A stretch of DNA of 64,000 nt from an uncultured Candidatus Saccharibacteria bacterium (GTDB lineage Bacteria > Patescibacteriota > Minisyncoccia > Phycocordibacterales > JACOZG01): positions 23,838-87,837 of the forward strand of contig CAYUVV010000001.1 in the NCBI GenBank assembly GCA_964448295.1. The letters run 5' to 3'. The translations under genes were made by a program, and so were the position numbers. The notes below the pieces were generated by a model, which was not told where the DNA came from, searched no databases, and saw only the letters and a list, made by a program, of their open reading frames with translations. Shown here one piece after another: positions 27,758-36,741 of the stretch (within the stretch, counting starts at the first letter, position 1; every line of letters starts with the position of its first letter).

Positions 27758-28123
27758 ATGAAAGCCGTTCTCCGCAATTACCGCCAGTCTCCGCGCAAGG
27801 TTCGCTTGCTCGCCGATTTGGTTCGCGGCCAATCTCTGCCGGTGGCTGATCGCACCCTCCAGTTTGCCGTCAAACGGGCGGCCGGACCGTTGCGCAAATT
27901 GCTGAAGTCGGCGGCGGCCAACACAAAAAAGATGGCCGGCGGAAAATCGCCCGCTGGCGACGAGACGCAAGGCGAACTGTTCGTCAAGTCAATTCGCGTT
28001 GATCAGGGCTTGGTGTACAAACGTTTTCGGCCGGGAGCTTTCGGGCGCGCCTATCCCTACCGCAAAAAGACGAGCCACGTAGCGGTGGAACTCGATCGCC
28101 GACCAATTAAAAAAACCAAATGA
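27758..28123 (+). CDS. rplV: 50S ribosomal protein L22
   Basis: MKAVLRNYRQSPRKVRLLADLVRG. Confidence 0.9.
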   Translation: MKAVLRNYRQSPRKVRLLADLVRGQSLPVADRTLQFAVKRAAGPLRKLLKSAAANTKKMAGGKSPAGDETQGELFVKSIRVDQGLVYKRFRPGAFGRAYPYRKKTSHVAVELDRRPIKKTK

Positions 28124-28776
28124 CCCACACCGTTCATCCTTATGCCCATCGTTTGGGTATCATCCGCGACTGGCGCTCGCGCTGGTTTGGGCGGCGCGGC
28201 CAATACCAAGAGTTTTTGCGCGCCGACGTGTTACTGCGCGAATTTTTGCAGAAGCGCCTTCGCGGCTTGTTTGTGGCTGGACTCGAGATCGAGCGTGGCC
28301 AGGATTCTTTGCGGTTGCTTGTTCGTTCCTCTCGGCCGGGGATGATCATTGGCCGGGCGGGTGAGGGTTCAACCAAACTCAAGAACGACATTTTTAGATT
28401 TATGCGCCGGCGGCGATTGCCAATAGCACGCGATTTTAAATTGGATATTGAGGAGGTTAAAAACCCAGAAACCGAGGCGGCGATTCTTGCCCAGATGGTC
28501 GTGGAGGGTTTGGAACGGCGCTTGCCTTTCCGCCGTGTTTTGAAGCAGGTCGCCGACAAAGCGATGGCCCAGAGTCGCGTCGCCGGCGTGCGCTTGGAGG
28601 TCGCCGGGCGTCTTGGTGGAGCGGAGATCGCGCGTACGGAATGGTTGAAACGCGGTCGTTTGCCCCTGCAGACCTTCCGCGCCGACATTGATTTTGCTCG
28701 GGAGGAGGCCTTGCTATCTTACGGTGTGATTGGCGTTAAGGCCTGGGTCTACCGGGTGGAAGAATCTGGAAAATAA
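28120..28776 (+). CDS. rpsC: 30S ribosomal protein S3
   Basis: Conserved S3 N-terminus plus KH and C-terminal domains. Confidence 0.9.
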   Translation: MTHTVHPYAHRLGIIRDWRSRWFGRRGQYQEFLRADVLLREFLQKRLRGLFVAGLEIERGQDSLRLLVRSSRPGMIIGRAGEGSTKLKNDIFRFMRRRRLPIARDFKLDIEEVKNPETEAAILAQMVVEGLERRLPFRRVLKQVADKAMAQSRVAGVRLEVAGRLGGAEIARTEWLKRGRLPLQTFRADIDFAREEALLSYGVIGVKAWVYRVEESGK

Positions 28777-28778
28777 AT

Positions 28779-29198
28779 ATGTTGGTCCCGAAAAAAGTCA
28801 AACATCGCAAGTGGCACACGATGCGTCGCAACCCCAACAAACCTCGCCAAGAGAGTCGCGGTTTAGACGTGTCTTTCGGGTCATTCGGCCTTAAAGCTCA
28901 AACTCCCGGCCGCCTCCGCTCGAATCAGATTGAGGCGGCGCGGAAGGTCATTGTGCGGGCGACGCGGAAAGGTGGCAAGGCCTGGATTCGCGTTTTTCCC
29001 GACAAGCCCTACACGGCTAAGCCAGCCGAGGTTGGTATGGGTAAAGGTAAGGGCGACCCCCAAGGTTATGAGGCCCTGATTTGGCCAGGACGGATCATTT
29101 TTGAGATTGACGGTGTGGTCGAAAACGAAGCCCGATCAATTTTGCGTCAGGCTGGCTCGAAGTTGCCGTTTCGCACCTCGGTGGTGGCTCGGTCATAA
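28779..29198 (+). CDS. rplP: 50S ribosomal protein L16
   Basis: MLVPKKVKHRKWH... Confidence 0.9.
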   Translation: MLVPKKVKHRKWHTMRRNPNKPRQESRGLDVSFGSFGLKAQTPGRLRSNQIEAARKVIVRATRKGGKAWIRVFPDKPYTAKPAEVGMGKGKGDPQGYEALIWPGRIIFEIDGVVENEARSILRQAGSKLPFRTSVVARS

Positions 29199-29210
29199 TT
29201 TTGTATTACC

Positions 29211-29414
29211 ATGGCCCGTAACAAAAGAACCACTAAGCAACCGGAAACTGCCACCGAGCGCTTGACGACTTTGACGGCTAAGCGGGAGGAATTACGCCGC
29301 CTGCGTTTCGGCGGCGCGGGCGCTGGCAAAACCACGAACGTGCGCCGGATTCGCGTCTTGCGGCGCGAGATTGCTCGCCTGCTCGGTGATTGGCCACGGT
29401 CGGAAAATCATTAA
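29211..29414 (+). CDS. rpmC: 50S ribosomal protein L29
   Basis: 67 aa, with the L29 helical pattern LRxLxxEELxxxLxxLRxELFxLRF. Confidence 0.85.
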   Translation: MARNKRTTKQPETATERLTTLTAKREELRRLRFGGAGAGKTTNVRRIRVLRREIARLLGDWPRSENH

Positions 29415-29419
29415 AAGAT

Positions 29420-29677
29420 ATGAACGATAAAATTCAAACATCAAAACCGCCAGCCACCGGCCGAGTGCTCGAGGGCGTGATCGTCTCAGCCAAAACTCCC
29501 CAAACGGTGGTGGTGGAAGTCAGCCGGTTTGTGCTTCACCCTCGTTATGGGAAGTTTATTCGTCGGTCTAAACGTTATCTTGCGCATTATGAAGGCGAGA
29601 CGCCGGCGCTTGGGGCGCGGGTGCGGATGGTGAGCGGTCGTCCGCGCTCACGCCGTAAAACTTTTGTGCTTCTATGA
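29420..29677 (+). CDS. rpsQ: 30S ribosomal protein S17
   Basis: GRVLEGVIVSAKTPQTVVVEV. Confidence 0.85.
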   Translation: MNDKIQTSKPPATGRVLEGVIVSAKTPQTVVVEVSRFVLHPRYGKFIRRSKRYLAHYEGETPALGARVRMVSGRPRSRRKTFVLL

Positions 29678-30045
29678 TCCAACCACGTTCGATCGTTAAA
29701 GTGGCTGATAATACTGGCGCCAAGGTCGGTCGCGTTTTCCATATTCTTGGTGGTACGCGTCGCCGCTACGCTCGTTTAGGCGATCGGTTGGTAATGTCGG
29801 TGCAAGAGGCGGAACCCAAAAAAGCGATCAAAAAGCATCAGGTCGTGCACGCAGTGGTGGTGCGGCAAACACGGCCGTTTCGTCGTCGCGATGGTTCTTA
29901 CGTTAGTTTTGACGAGAACGCCGTGGTGATTATCGAAAAAGGTAAGTTTGACCCGCTTGGCGCCCGGGTTTTCGGCCCGATGCCGCGCGAACTCGTCGAG
30001 CGCGGCTACCAGAAGATTGTCTCGCTGGCGCCCGAAATAGTTTAA
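29674..30045 (+). CDS. rplN: 50S ribosomal protein L14
   Basis: MIQPRSIVKVADNTGAK. Confidence 0.9.
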   Translation: MIQPRSIVKVADNTGAKVGRVFHILGGTRRRYARLGDRLVMSVQEAEPKKAIKKHQVVHAVVVRQTRPFRRRDGSYVSFDENAVVIIEKGKFDPLGARVFGPMPRELVERGYQKIVSLAPEIV

Positions 30046-30049
30046 ATTT

Positions 30050-30355
30050 ATGTGGTTAAAGAAAAATGACAAGGTGGTGGTGCTCACCGGAACGAGTCGC
30101 GGTCAGCAGGCCAAGGTAGAAAGGGTTTTGCGTTCAACAGGGCGCGTAATTGTTGAGGGTGTTAATTTGAAGAATCGTCGTTTGCGCCCGCGTCGCCAAG
30201 GTGAGAAGGGCCAGGTCGTCGCCACGGCCGCCCCGCTCCATATCTCAAACGTCGGCCTCTGGTGCGAGTCCTGCCGCCGGCCGGTGCGTCCGGCGGTGAA
30301 GGTGACGGTTGACGGAAAGAGTCGGATCTGCCGCCGTTGTGAACGCGTTCTCTAA
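30050..30355 (+). CDS. rplX: 50S ribosomal protein L24, with a C-terminal CxxC...CxxC zinc-ribbon extension
   Basis: KOW motif KKNDKVVVLTGTSRGQQAKV. The tail reads CESCRRPV...CRRCERVL. Confidence 0.85.
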   Translation: MWLKKNDKVVVLTGTSRGQQAKVERVLRSTGRVIVEGVNLKNRRLRPRRQGEKGQVVATAAPLHISNVGLWCESCRRPVRPAVKVTVDGKSRICRRCERVL

Positions 30356-30368
30356 CTCAATATATTTT

Positions 30369-30902
30369 ATGGTTTCTCTGAAACAAAAACTAATTGACAT
30401 CCGGCCGGAATTGGCGAAAGCCGTTGGTCGCGAGAATTTTTTATCTTTGCCGAGGATTATTAAAGTGGTGGTCTCGGCTCGGACTGGTCGCCAGCGCGAT
30501 AAAGCCCGCCAAGCCCTGGTGTCTGACCGTTTAGCGAAAATCACGGGGCAGAAACCAGCGGCCGTGGCGGCCAGGCAGTCAATCGCTACTTTCAAACTCC
30601 GCAAGGGAGAAACAATTGGCTGGCGAGTAACGTTGCGGGGCGAGCGCCGGTTTGATTTTTTGGATCGCTTGCTCAATATCGCCGTGCCTCGGATGCGCGA
30701 TTTTCGCGGTTTTGAGGAAAAGAGCGTGTCGGCAACTGGGGTGTTGACTCTTGGGTTGCGTGAACACACCATTTTTCCCGAGACGGCCAACGAAGACCTA
30801 AAAGATGTTTTTGGTTTAGCGGTGAGTGTGGTAACCACCGCTCGTAATCGGGACGAGGCCTTGATTTTTCTGCGCCTGCTTGGTTTTCCGTTTAAACGTT
30901 AA
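30369..30902 (+). CDS. rplE: 50S ribosomal protein L5
   Basis: RDFRGF motif. ATG at 30369. Confidence 0.85.
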   Translation: MVSLKQKLIDIRPELAKAVGRENFLSLPRIIKVVVSARTGRQRDKARQALVSDRLAKITGQKPAAVAARQSIATFKLRKGETIGWRVTLRGERRFDFLDRLLNIAVPRMRDFRGFEEKSVSATGVLTLGLREHTIFPETANEDLKDVFGLAVSVVTTARNRDEALIFLRLLGFPFKR

Positions 30903-30950
30903 GAAAATTGACGATGACTATTTTTTCTGCTAATATCGCCGCACTGTTTC

Positions 30951-31136
30951 ATGGCTAAGAAGTCGGTTATTGCTCGAGCTTTACGGACTCCAAAGTGGAG
31001 TAGTCGCGTGGTGCGACGATGTTTTCGTTGTGGTCGAGGGCGGGCGTTTATGCGCGATTTTGGCCTGTGCCGGATCTGCTTTCGCGAACTGGCTAACGAG
31101 GGTAAGATTCCCGGCGTCAAAAAGTCTTCTTGGTAA
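30951..31136 (+). CDS. rpsN: 30S ribosomal protein S14, zinc-binding type Z (61 aa)
   Basis: [10 protein letters not shown]...CRIC motif. Confidence 0.9.
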   Translation: MAKKSVIARALRTPKWSSRVVRRCFRCGRGRAFMRDFGLCRICFRELANEGKIPGVKKSSW

Positions 31137-31148
31137 ACTGTTTATTTT

Positions 31149-31544
31149 ATGACTCACGATCCATTGGCCGATTTCATCACTCGTTTGAAAAACGCCTCAC
31201 TTGTGGGGCGCCGGACGGTTACCGCCCCGCATTCTCGTTTGCGTTTGGCGGTGGCAGAATTGTTGCAACGCGAGGGTTATCTGACGCGGGTCGTTGTTTC
31301 TGGCCAGAAAAACAAAAAGTCGTTGATGGTTGATATTGCCTATAACGCCGAAGGTCGACCGGCTTTTTCTGATGTTCAACGTTGGTCCAAACCGTCGCGC
31401 CGAGTTTATCTCGGTCGGCAGGCGCTCTGGCCGGTGCGCCGTGGTCGTGGACGTCTCATTGTTTCGACCTCGCAAGGAGTGATGACGGGCGAGGCGGCAC
31501 GGCGGGCGCGATTAGGGGGCGAGGCCTTGTTCGCTATTTGGTAA
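31149..31544 (+). CDS. rpsH: 30S ribosomal protein S8
   Basis: MTHDPLADFITRLKNA. Confidence 0.9.
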   Translation: MTHDPLADFITRLKNASLVGRRTVTAPHSRLRLAVAELLQREGYLTRVVVSGQKNKKSLMVDIAYNAEGRPAFSDVQRWSKPSRRVYLGRQALWPVRRGRGRLIVSTSQGVMTGEAARRARLGGEALFAIW

Positions 31545-31546
31545 CC

Positions 31547-32089
31547 ATGTCGAGAATTGGCAAACAAACCATCCTCGTCCCTTCCGCGGTTAAGGTTCGT
31601 ATGGAAGGCGAAACAACGGTCACCATTACCGGACCGCGGGGAGAATTGCGTCGAACTTTTCGGCCAGAAATCAAAATCAATTTTGCGCCGGAGACGGGTT
31701 TGCAGCTCGCGCCTCTCCCAACGGCCGTGGAGGACCGGGCTTTGTGGGGAACCTACGCCGCGCATTTGAAGAACATGGTGTCGGGCGTTGTTAAGGGTTT
31801 TGAGAAAAAATTGATTCTTGAAGGTGTTGGTTACCGAATGGCGGTTGAGGGCGCCAGTCTCAAATTGAACATTGGTTTATCTCATCCAGTGTTGGTGCCG
31901 ATTCCTCAAGGCCTCGCCCTTAAGGTGGATAAGAACCTGCTTGAAGTCAGTGGTTGCGATTGCGAATTGGTCGGGCAATTTGCGGCCCGTCTTCGCGCCT
32001 TGCGGCCGCCGGAGCCCTACAAGGGTAAGGGCTTTCGGTATGAGGGGGAGGTAATCCGTCGCAAGCAGGGTAAGAAAGTGGTGGCGTAA
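31547..32089 (+). CDS. rplF: 50S ribosomal protein L6
   Basis: MSRIGKQTILVPSAVKV. The ATG at 31547 follows the rpsH stop; the track ORF starts at 31382 in the same frame. Confidence 0.9.
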   Translation: MSRIGKQTILVPSAVKVRMEGETTVTITGPRGELRRTFRPEIKINFAPETGLQLAPLPTAVEDRALWGTYAAHLKNMVSGVVKGFEKKLILEGVGYRMAVEGASLKLNIGLSHPVLVPIPQGLALKVDKNLLEVSGCDCELVGQFAARLRALRPPEPYKGKGFRYEGEVIRRKQGKKVVA

Positions 32090-32101
32090 ACAACACACGT
32101 T

Positions 32102-32476
32102 ATGGCCAATCTTCATACAACCAAAACACAAACTCGCGCGGGGCGTCGAGAGGCGCGAGCGCGACGAGTCCGAGCTCGGATCCGGGGGACGGCCGAGCGA
32201 CCGCGGTTGTCGGTCTTCCGCTCCGGCCGGCACATTTATGCTCAACTGATTGATGATGCGCGAGGAGCGACCCTGGCGACAGCCGACGATCGGGCTCTCA
32301 CCGGCGCCAAGAAAAAAAGCAAGCGGGATTCGGCCTTTCGCGTTGGCCAGCTGATAGCCGAGCGGGCGAATGGTTGTCAGATCAAGGCGGTGGTGTTCGA
32401 TCGGGCGGGTTACCGTTACGCTGGTCGGGTCCAGGCGTTGGCCGACGGGGCGCGGGCGGGCGGGCTCAAATTTTAA
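32102..32476 (+). CDS. rplR: 50S ribosomal protein L18
   Basis: [20 protein letters not shown]. Confidence 0.9.
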   Translation: MANLHTTKTQTRAGRREARARRVRARIRGTAERPRLSVFRSGRHIYAQLIDDARGATLATADDRALTGAKKKSKRDSAFRVGQLIAERANGCQIKAVVFDRAGYRYAGRVQALADGARAGGLKF

Positions 32477-32486
32477 CTAATTTTTT

Positions 32487-32999
32487 ATGTCTGAAGCAAC
32501 GGGAAATCACAGTGGCGGTCGGGGCGAACGAGGGCGTGGTGGTCGTGGCCGCCAAGACCGACCTGACTCGGACCTTGGCCACAAGGTTTTGGCGATTAGA
32601 CGGGTGACTCGGGTGGTGCGCGGTGGCCGACGCTTTAGCTTTTCGATTGTTCTGGTGGCGGGCGATCGTCGCGGGAAAGTGGGGATTGGTGTGGGCAAGG
32701 CCAGCGATATTGCGGTGGCGATTGAGAAGGCGATGAACAACGCCCGCAAGAATTTAATTAGTGTTTATCTCACACCAGAATTTACTCTGCCTCACGAAGT
32801 GTCGGCGAAGTTTAGTTCAGCTTTGGTGTCTATCCGGCCTTCGCCCGGGCGTGGATTAGTGGCGGGTAGCGCCGTTCGGGCCGTGCTCGAGTTGGTCGGC
32901 GCGCGCGATATCAGCGCCAAGATTTATTCCCGAAGCAAAAATCATTTGAATAACGTGCAGGCGGCACTCCGCGCCCTGCAAACGGTTAAGCCCGTCTAA
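32487..32999 (+). CDS. rpsE: 30S ribosomal protein S5
   Basis: dsRBD-like N-terminus and GIGVGKASDIAVAIEKA. rplO follows directly with no rpmD (L30) between them. Confidence 0.9.
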   Translation: MSEATGNHSGGRGERGRGGRGRQDRPDSDLGHKVLAIRRVTRVVRGGRRFSFSIVLVAGDRRGKVGIGVGKASDIAVAIEKAMNNARKNLISVYLTPEFTLPHEVSAKFSSALVSIRPSPGRGLVAGSAVRAVLELVGARDISAKIYSRSKNHLNNVQAALRALQTVKPV

Positions 33000-33011
33000 C
33001 TTTTTCAAAAG

Positions 33012-33440
33012 ATGCAATTACACGAGTTACAACCAAACACCAAACGGCGCGCTGGCAAACGCGTGGGGCGCGGAGGCAAGCGTGGCACCACGGCTGGCCG
33101 CGGCACGAAGGGTCAAAAGGCGCGGGCCGGGCACCGGATTCGTCCGGAGATTAGAGACGTGATTAAGCGTTTGCCAAAACTCCGTGGTCACGATTTTCGC
33201 CTTGGACGTTCGACGCCGCGGGTGGTTGTGCCTTTATCTCGTTTGCTTACGCTAAAAGAGCGGGTGATCACGCCGTTCGTTTTGCGCCGCGCCGGTTTAA
33301 TCCCGTCCGCCGCTCGTCTGCGGGTTAAGATTTTGGCCGACCACAGCGAAGTCAAAATTCCTATCCGGCTTAAGGGTTGTGATGTTTCCACGGCGGTGCG
33401 GGCGATGGTTGAAAAAGCCGGCGGCAAAATTCAAGTTTAA
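33012..33440 (+). CDS. rplO: 50S ribosomal protein L15
   Basis: Gly/Arg-rich N-terminus. Confidence 0.9.
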   Translation: MQLHELQPNTKRRAGKRVGRGGKRGTTAGRGTKGQKARAGHRIRPEIRDVIKRLPKLRGHDFRLGRSTPRVVVPLSRLLTLKERVITPFVLRRAGLIPSAARLRVKILADHSEVKIPIRLKGCDVSTAVRAMVEKAGGKIQV

Positions 33441-33443
33441 AAT

Positions 33444-34718
33444 ATGTGGTCAATTTTTACACAGAAAATTCATTTAGTGTGGCAAGATCCCACCTTGCGC
33501 CGCCGGCTTCTTTTTGCGGTTTTTATCCTCGGGCTGTTTCGTTTAGGAGCGGCGGTGCCGGTGGCTGGCGTTGATCCGGAGGCGTTAGGCCGATTGTTTG
33601 CCTCCAGTCAGTTTTTGGGCCTGCTTAATATTTTTTCCGGCGGCGGGCTTGAGAATCTCTCGATTGTGATGTTGGGTGTTGGTCCGTTTATCACCGCCTC
33701 CATCGTGATGCAGCTTTTAACGGTAATGTTTCCGTCTCTGAAGGAACTCTATCAAGAATCCGGCGAGCTTGGGCGCAAGCGTTTTGCCCAATACTCTCGT
33801 TTGCTGACTGTGCCTTTGGCCGCGGTGCAAGGCCTTGGTTTGCTCGCTTTACTCAAGAGTCAGGGCCTCTTGCTTCACTTAACCCCTTTTCAAGAGATGA
33901 CGAATATTATTGTGATTATTGCCGGCTCTGTTCTCTTGATGTGGCTTGGTGAATTGATCAATGAATATGGGGTGGGTAACGGGGTATCGCTGATTATTTT
34001 TGCTGGTATTGTGGCCGGTTTGCCAACGGCTCTGACTCAAGTCTGGGCTTCTTATGACGTTGCCCAGATTCCGGTTTATCTCGCTTTTCTGGTGATTTCG
34101 ATTTTGACTGTCGCCGGCGTGGTGTTCATCACCGAGGCGGAGCGTCCGATTCCGGTCACGTATGCCAAACAGGTGCGGGGGATGAAAATGTATGGCGGCG
34201 TTTCGACGTATCTGCCCATTCGGTTGAATCAGGCGGGGGTGATGCCGATAATTTTTGCCTTATCGCTTTTGCTTTTCCCTCGTCTCGTCTTTGATTATTT
34301 GAGCCGGATTGATCAAGCGCTGATTAGCCAAACGGCTCTGTGGCTCCGCGACTTGATTGATAATTTGTGGTTTTATTCCTCGGTGTATTTCGTGCTGGTT
34401 TTTGCTTTCACTTATTTTTATTCAGCGATTACCTTTGATCCTCAATCTATTTCGACCAATCTCCAGAAAAATGGCGCGTTTATTCCCGGCATTCGTCCCG
34501 GCCGGCCGACCGCTGATTATTTAACTCGTGTTATCACCCGCCTAACCTTAGTGGGCGGTTTGTTTCTAGGCGTGATCGCGCTTTTGCCTTTAGTGATGCG
34601 AGCGGCTACGGGGGTGTCGGCGTTGGCGATTGGCGGCACCGGTTTGCTGATTGTGGTTTCCGTGTCTCTGGAACTAGTCAAACAAATTGACAGTCAGATC
34701 TCGATGCGCGAATACTAA
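33444..34718 (+). CDS. secY: Preprotein translocase subunit SecY
   Basis: 424 aa with ten TM helices and the conserved GIMPII-like motif GVMPIIFA. In the canonical position after rplO. Confidence 0.9.
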   Translation: MWSIFTQKIHLVWQDPTLRRRLLFAVFILGLFRLGAAVPVAGVDPEALGRLFASSQFLGLLNIFSGGGLENLSIVMLGVGPFITASIVMQLLTVMFPSLKELYQESGELGRKRFAQYSRLLTVPLAAVQGLGLLALLKSQGLLLHLTPFQEMTNIIVIIAGSVLLMWLGELINEYGVGNGVSLIIFAGIVAGLPTALTQVWASYDVAQIPVYLAFLVISILTVAGVVFITEAERPIPVTYAKQVRGMKMYGGVSTYLPIRLNQAGVMPIIFALSLLLFPRLVFDYLSRIDQALISQTALWLRDLIDNLWFYSSVYFVLVFAFTYFYSAITFDPQSISTNLQKNGAFIPGIRPGRPTADYLTRVITRLTLVGGLFLGVIALLPLVMRAATGVSALAIGGTGLLIVVSVSLELVKQIDSQISMREY

Positions 34719-34742
34719 AATTGTGTTAGACTGACGACCGAT

Positions 34743-35336
34743 ATGATGCCCCGCACTTTCATCTTTATGGGACGCTCGGGGGCGGGCAAGGGCGTACAGG
34801 TTAAACTGCTTCAAGATTGGCTCCGACGGGAAGATAAGCTCGGTCGGCCAATTGTTTACATTGAGACCGGTGAGTTACTGCGTCAGTTTGTGCGTGAGAC
34901 CAACCATTTAACTAGTACGCGCGCCGCCGCAGTGATGGGCTCTGGCGGGCGTTTGGCCGATTTTCTCCCAATCTATATTTGGTCGCGAGAATTGATAAAC
35001 CGACTGCAGGCCGCCGAGCATCTGATTTTAGATGGTGTGGCCCGCTCGCTAAACGAGGCGCGAACCTTGCAAACCGCTCTTGCTTTTTACGAACGGGCGA
35101 AGCCAGTGGTTGTTTATTTGAATATTTCTGCCGAAACCGCCGCCACTCGTTTGACGGGACGGGGCCGGGCCGATGATATAAAGTCATCGAGTAATCAAGC
35201 CCGTCAGCGTTGGTTTGATGAAGAGGTGTTGCCGGTGATTGATTATTATCGTCGGGATCCTTTTTATCAATTTGTGGAGATAAACGGCGAACAGGCGGAA
35301 ATGGAGGTGCATCAGAGTATTGTTTCGGTTCTATGA
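34743..35336 (+). CDS. adk: Adenylate kinase-like NMP kinase
   Basis: P-loop FMGRSGAGKG. In the canonical position between secY and map. Divergent. Confidence 0.7.
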   Translation: MMPRTFIFMGRSGAGKGVQVKLLQDWLRREDKLGRPIVYIETGELLRQFVRETNHLTSTRAAAVMGSGGRLADFLPIYIWSRELINRLQAAEHLILDGVARSLNEARTLQTALAFYERAKPVVVYLNISAETAATRLTGRGRADDIKSSSNQARQRWFDEEVLPVIDYYRRDPFYQFVEINGEQAEMEVHQSIVSVL

Positions 35337-36106
35337 CGGCCCGTCCTCGCCCTAAAACACCCGAGGAGGTGGCCAGGCTTCGGGCTGGCGGTAAGCGTCT
35401 GCGGCAAGTGCTTAAAGAATTAGCGGCCATAGCCAAGCCCGGCCTGACCACCGCTAAGTTGGATGAGCGGGCGCGAGATTTGATCGCCGCCAACGGCGAT
35501 CACCCGGCTTTTCTCGGTTATCAACCAAGCGATGCTCGGCGTCCATTTCCGGCCGCTCTTTGCGTGTCGGTGAACGACGAGGTTGTTCACGGGATTCCGG
35601 GCGAGCGAGTGTTGCAAATCGGCGACCTTGTTTCTCTTGATTTAGGCTTGGAACATGATGGCCTGTTTACCGACGCGGCGTTGACGATCTATCTTGGCGA
35701 TCAACCGCCGCGCGCAGTGGCACGTTTGCTTCGCGCTACTCGCGAAGCGCTGGCGGCCGGTATCAAGGCCGCGCGCGCCGAGGCTACAACCGGCGATGTT
35801 GGGGCGGCAGTGGCCGCTGTTGCCCGGCGTTATGGCTTCGGTTTGGTTCGAGAGCTCGGCGGACACGGCGTCGGTTATGCTGTCCATGAGCCACCGCTTA
35901 TTCCCAATTTTGGTCGGCCGGGCGAAGGGCCGCGTCTTGTGCCCGGTCTTGTTGTTGCGATCGAGCCGATGCTTGTCGCCGGCGGCGAAGCCGTGGAGTG
36001 GGGAAGTGATGGCTACACCGTTCGGACTCGTGACGGGGCGCTGGCCGCGCACTTTGAGGAAACCGTTCTTGTTGGCACAGCCGGGCCGGAAATTTTAACC
36101 GCTTAA
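35333..36106 (+). CDS. map: Methionine aminopeptidase type I
   Basis: Metal-ligand pattern D...D...H...E...E; GELGGHGVGYAVHEPPLIPNFG. Confidence 0.85.
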   Translation: MTARPRPKTPEEVARLRAGGKRLRQVLKELAAIAKPGLTTAKLDERARDLIAANGDHPAFLGYQPSDARRPFPAALCVSVNDEVVHGIPGERVLQIGDLVSLDLGLEHDGLFTDAALTIYLGDQPPRAVARLLRATREALAAGIKAARAEATTGDVGAAVAAVARRYGFGLVRELGGHGVGYAVHEPPLIPNFGRPGEGPRLVPGLVVAIEPMLVAGGEAVEWGSDGYTVRTRDGALAAHFEETVLVGTAGPEILTA

Positions 36107-36115
36107 AAATTTTTT

Positions 36116-36727
36116 ATGACCAAATTACACCCAAAAACTGAACGCACGCTTATTCTGATTAAACCCGACGGCATCCAACGTGCGCTCATTGGCGAGATTA
36201 TCGGCCGCTATGAGCGGCTCGGGCTCAAACTGGTCGGTTTGAAAATGCTTGTGCCGACCGAGGCGATGGTGGAAAAACATTACACTCTCGACCCGGACTG
36301 GCGACGCCTTACGGGAGAGAAGCGGGTCAAAGCGGCGCGCGAGCGTGGCGAAAAACTGGCGACGGAGGATCCTTACGAGATTACAGCCGTGATTTTGACC
36401 AAATTGAAAAAGTATTTGACGAGCGGACCGGTGGTGGCGATGGTTTGGCAGGGTGCCAACGCCGTGGCTATCGTCCGCAAGATTACTGGCGGTACCGAAC
36501 CGCTTGCCTCCGATGTGGGAACTATCCGCGGCGATTTCGTTCTTGACTCTTACTCTCTCGCCGATGATGACGAGCGGGCCGTTCGCAACCTCATTCACGC
36601 TTCCGGGTCCGTCAACGAGGCCACGGCCGAGATTAAGCACTGGTTCAAATCAAGCGAACTAATTAACTATCGCCTCGTTCAGGAGCAGATTCTCTACGAC
36701 GTCAATCTCGACGGTATATTGGAATAA
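36116..36727 (+). CDS. ndk: Nucleoside diphosphate kinase with a ~35-aa insertion and C-terminal extension (203 aa)
   Basis: ERTLILIKPDGIQRALIGEIIGRYE, TSGPVVAMVWQG and GTIRGDF. It replaces the expected infA-rpmJ-rpsM after map. Confidence 0.8.
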   Translation: MTKLHPKTERTLILIKPDGIQRALIGEIIGRYERLGLKLVGLKMLVPTEAMVEKHYTLDPDWRRLTGEKRVKAARERGEKLATEDPYEITAVILTKLKKYLTSGPVVAMVWQGANAVAIVRKITGGTEPLASDVGTIRGDFVLDSYSLADDDERAVRNLIHASGSVNEATAEIKHWFKSSELINYRLVQEQILYDVNLDGILE

Positions 36728-36741
36728 AAACCGCCCAACCC

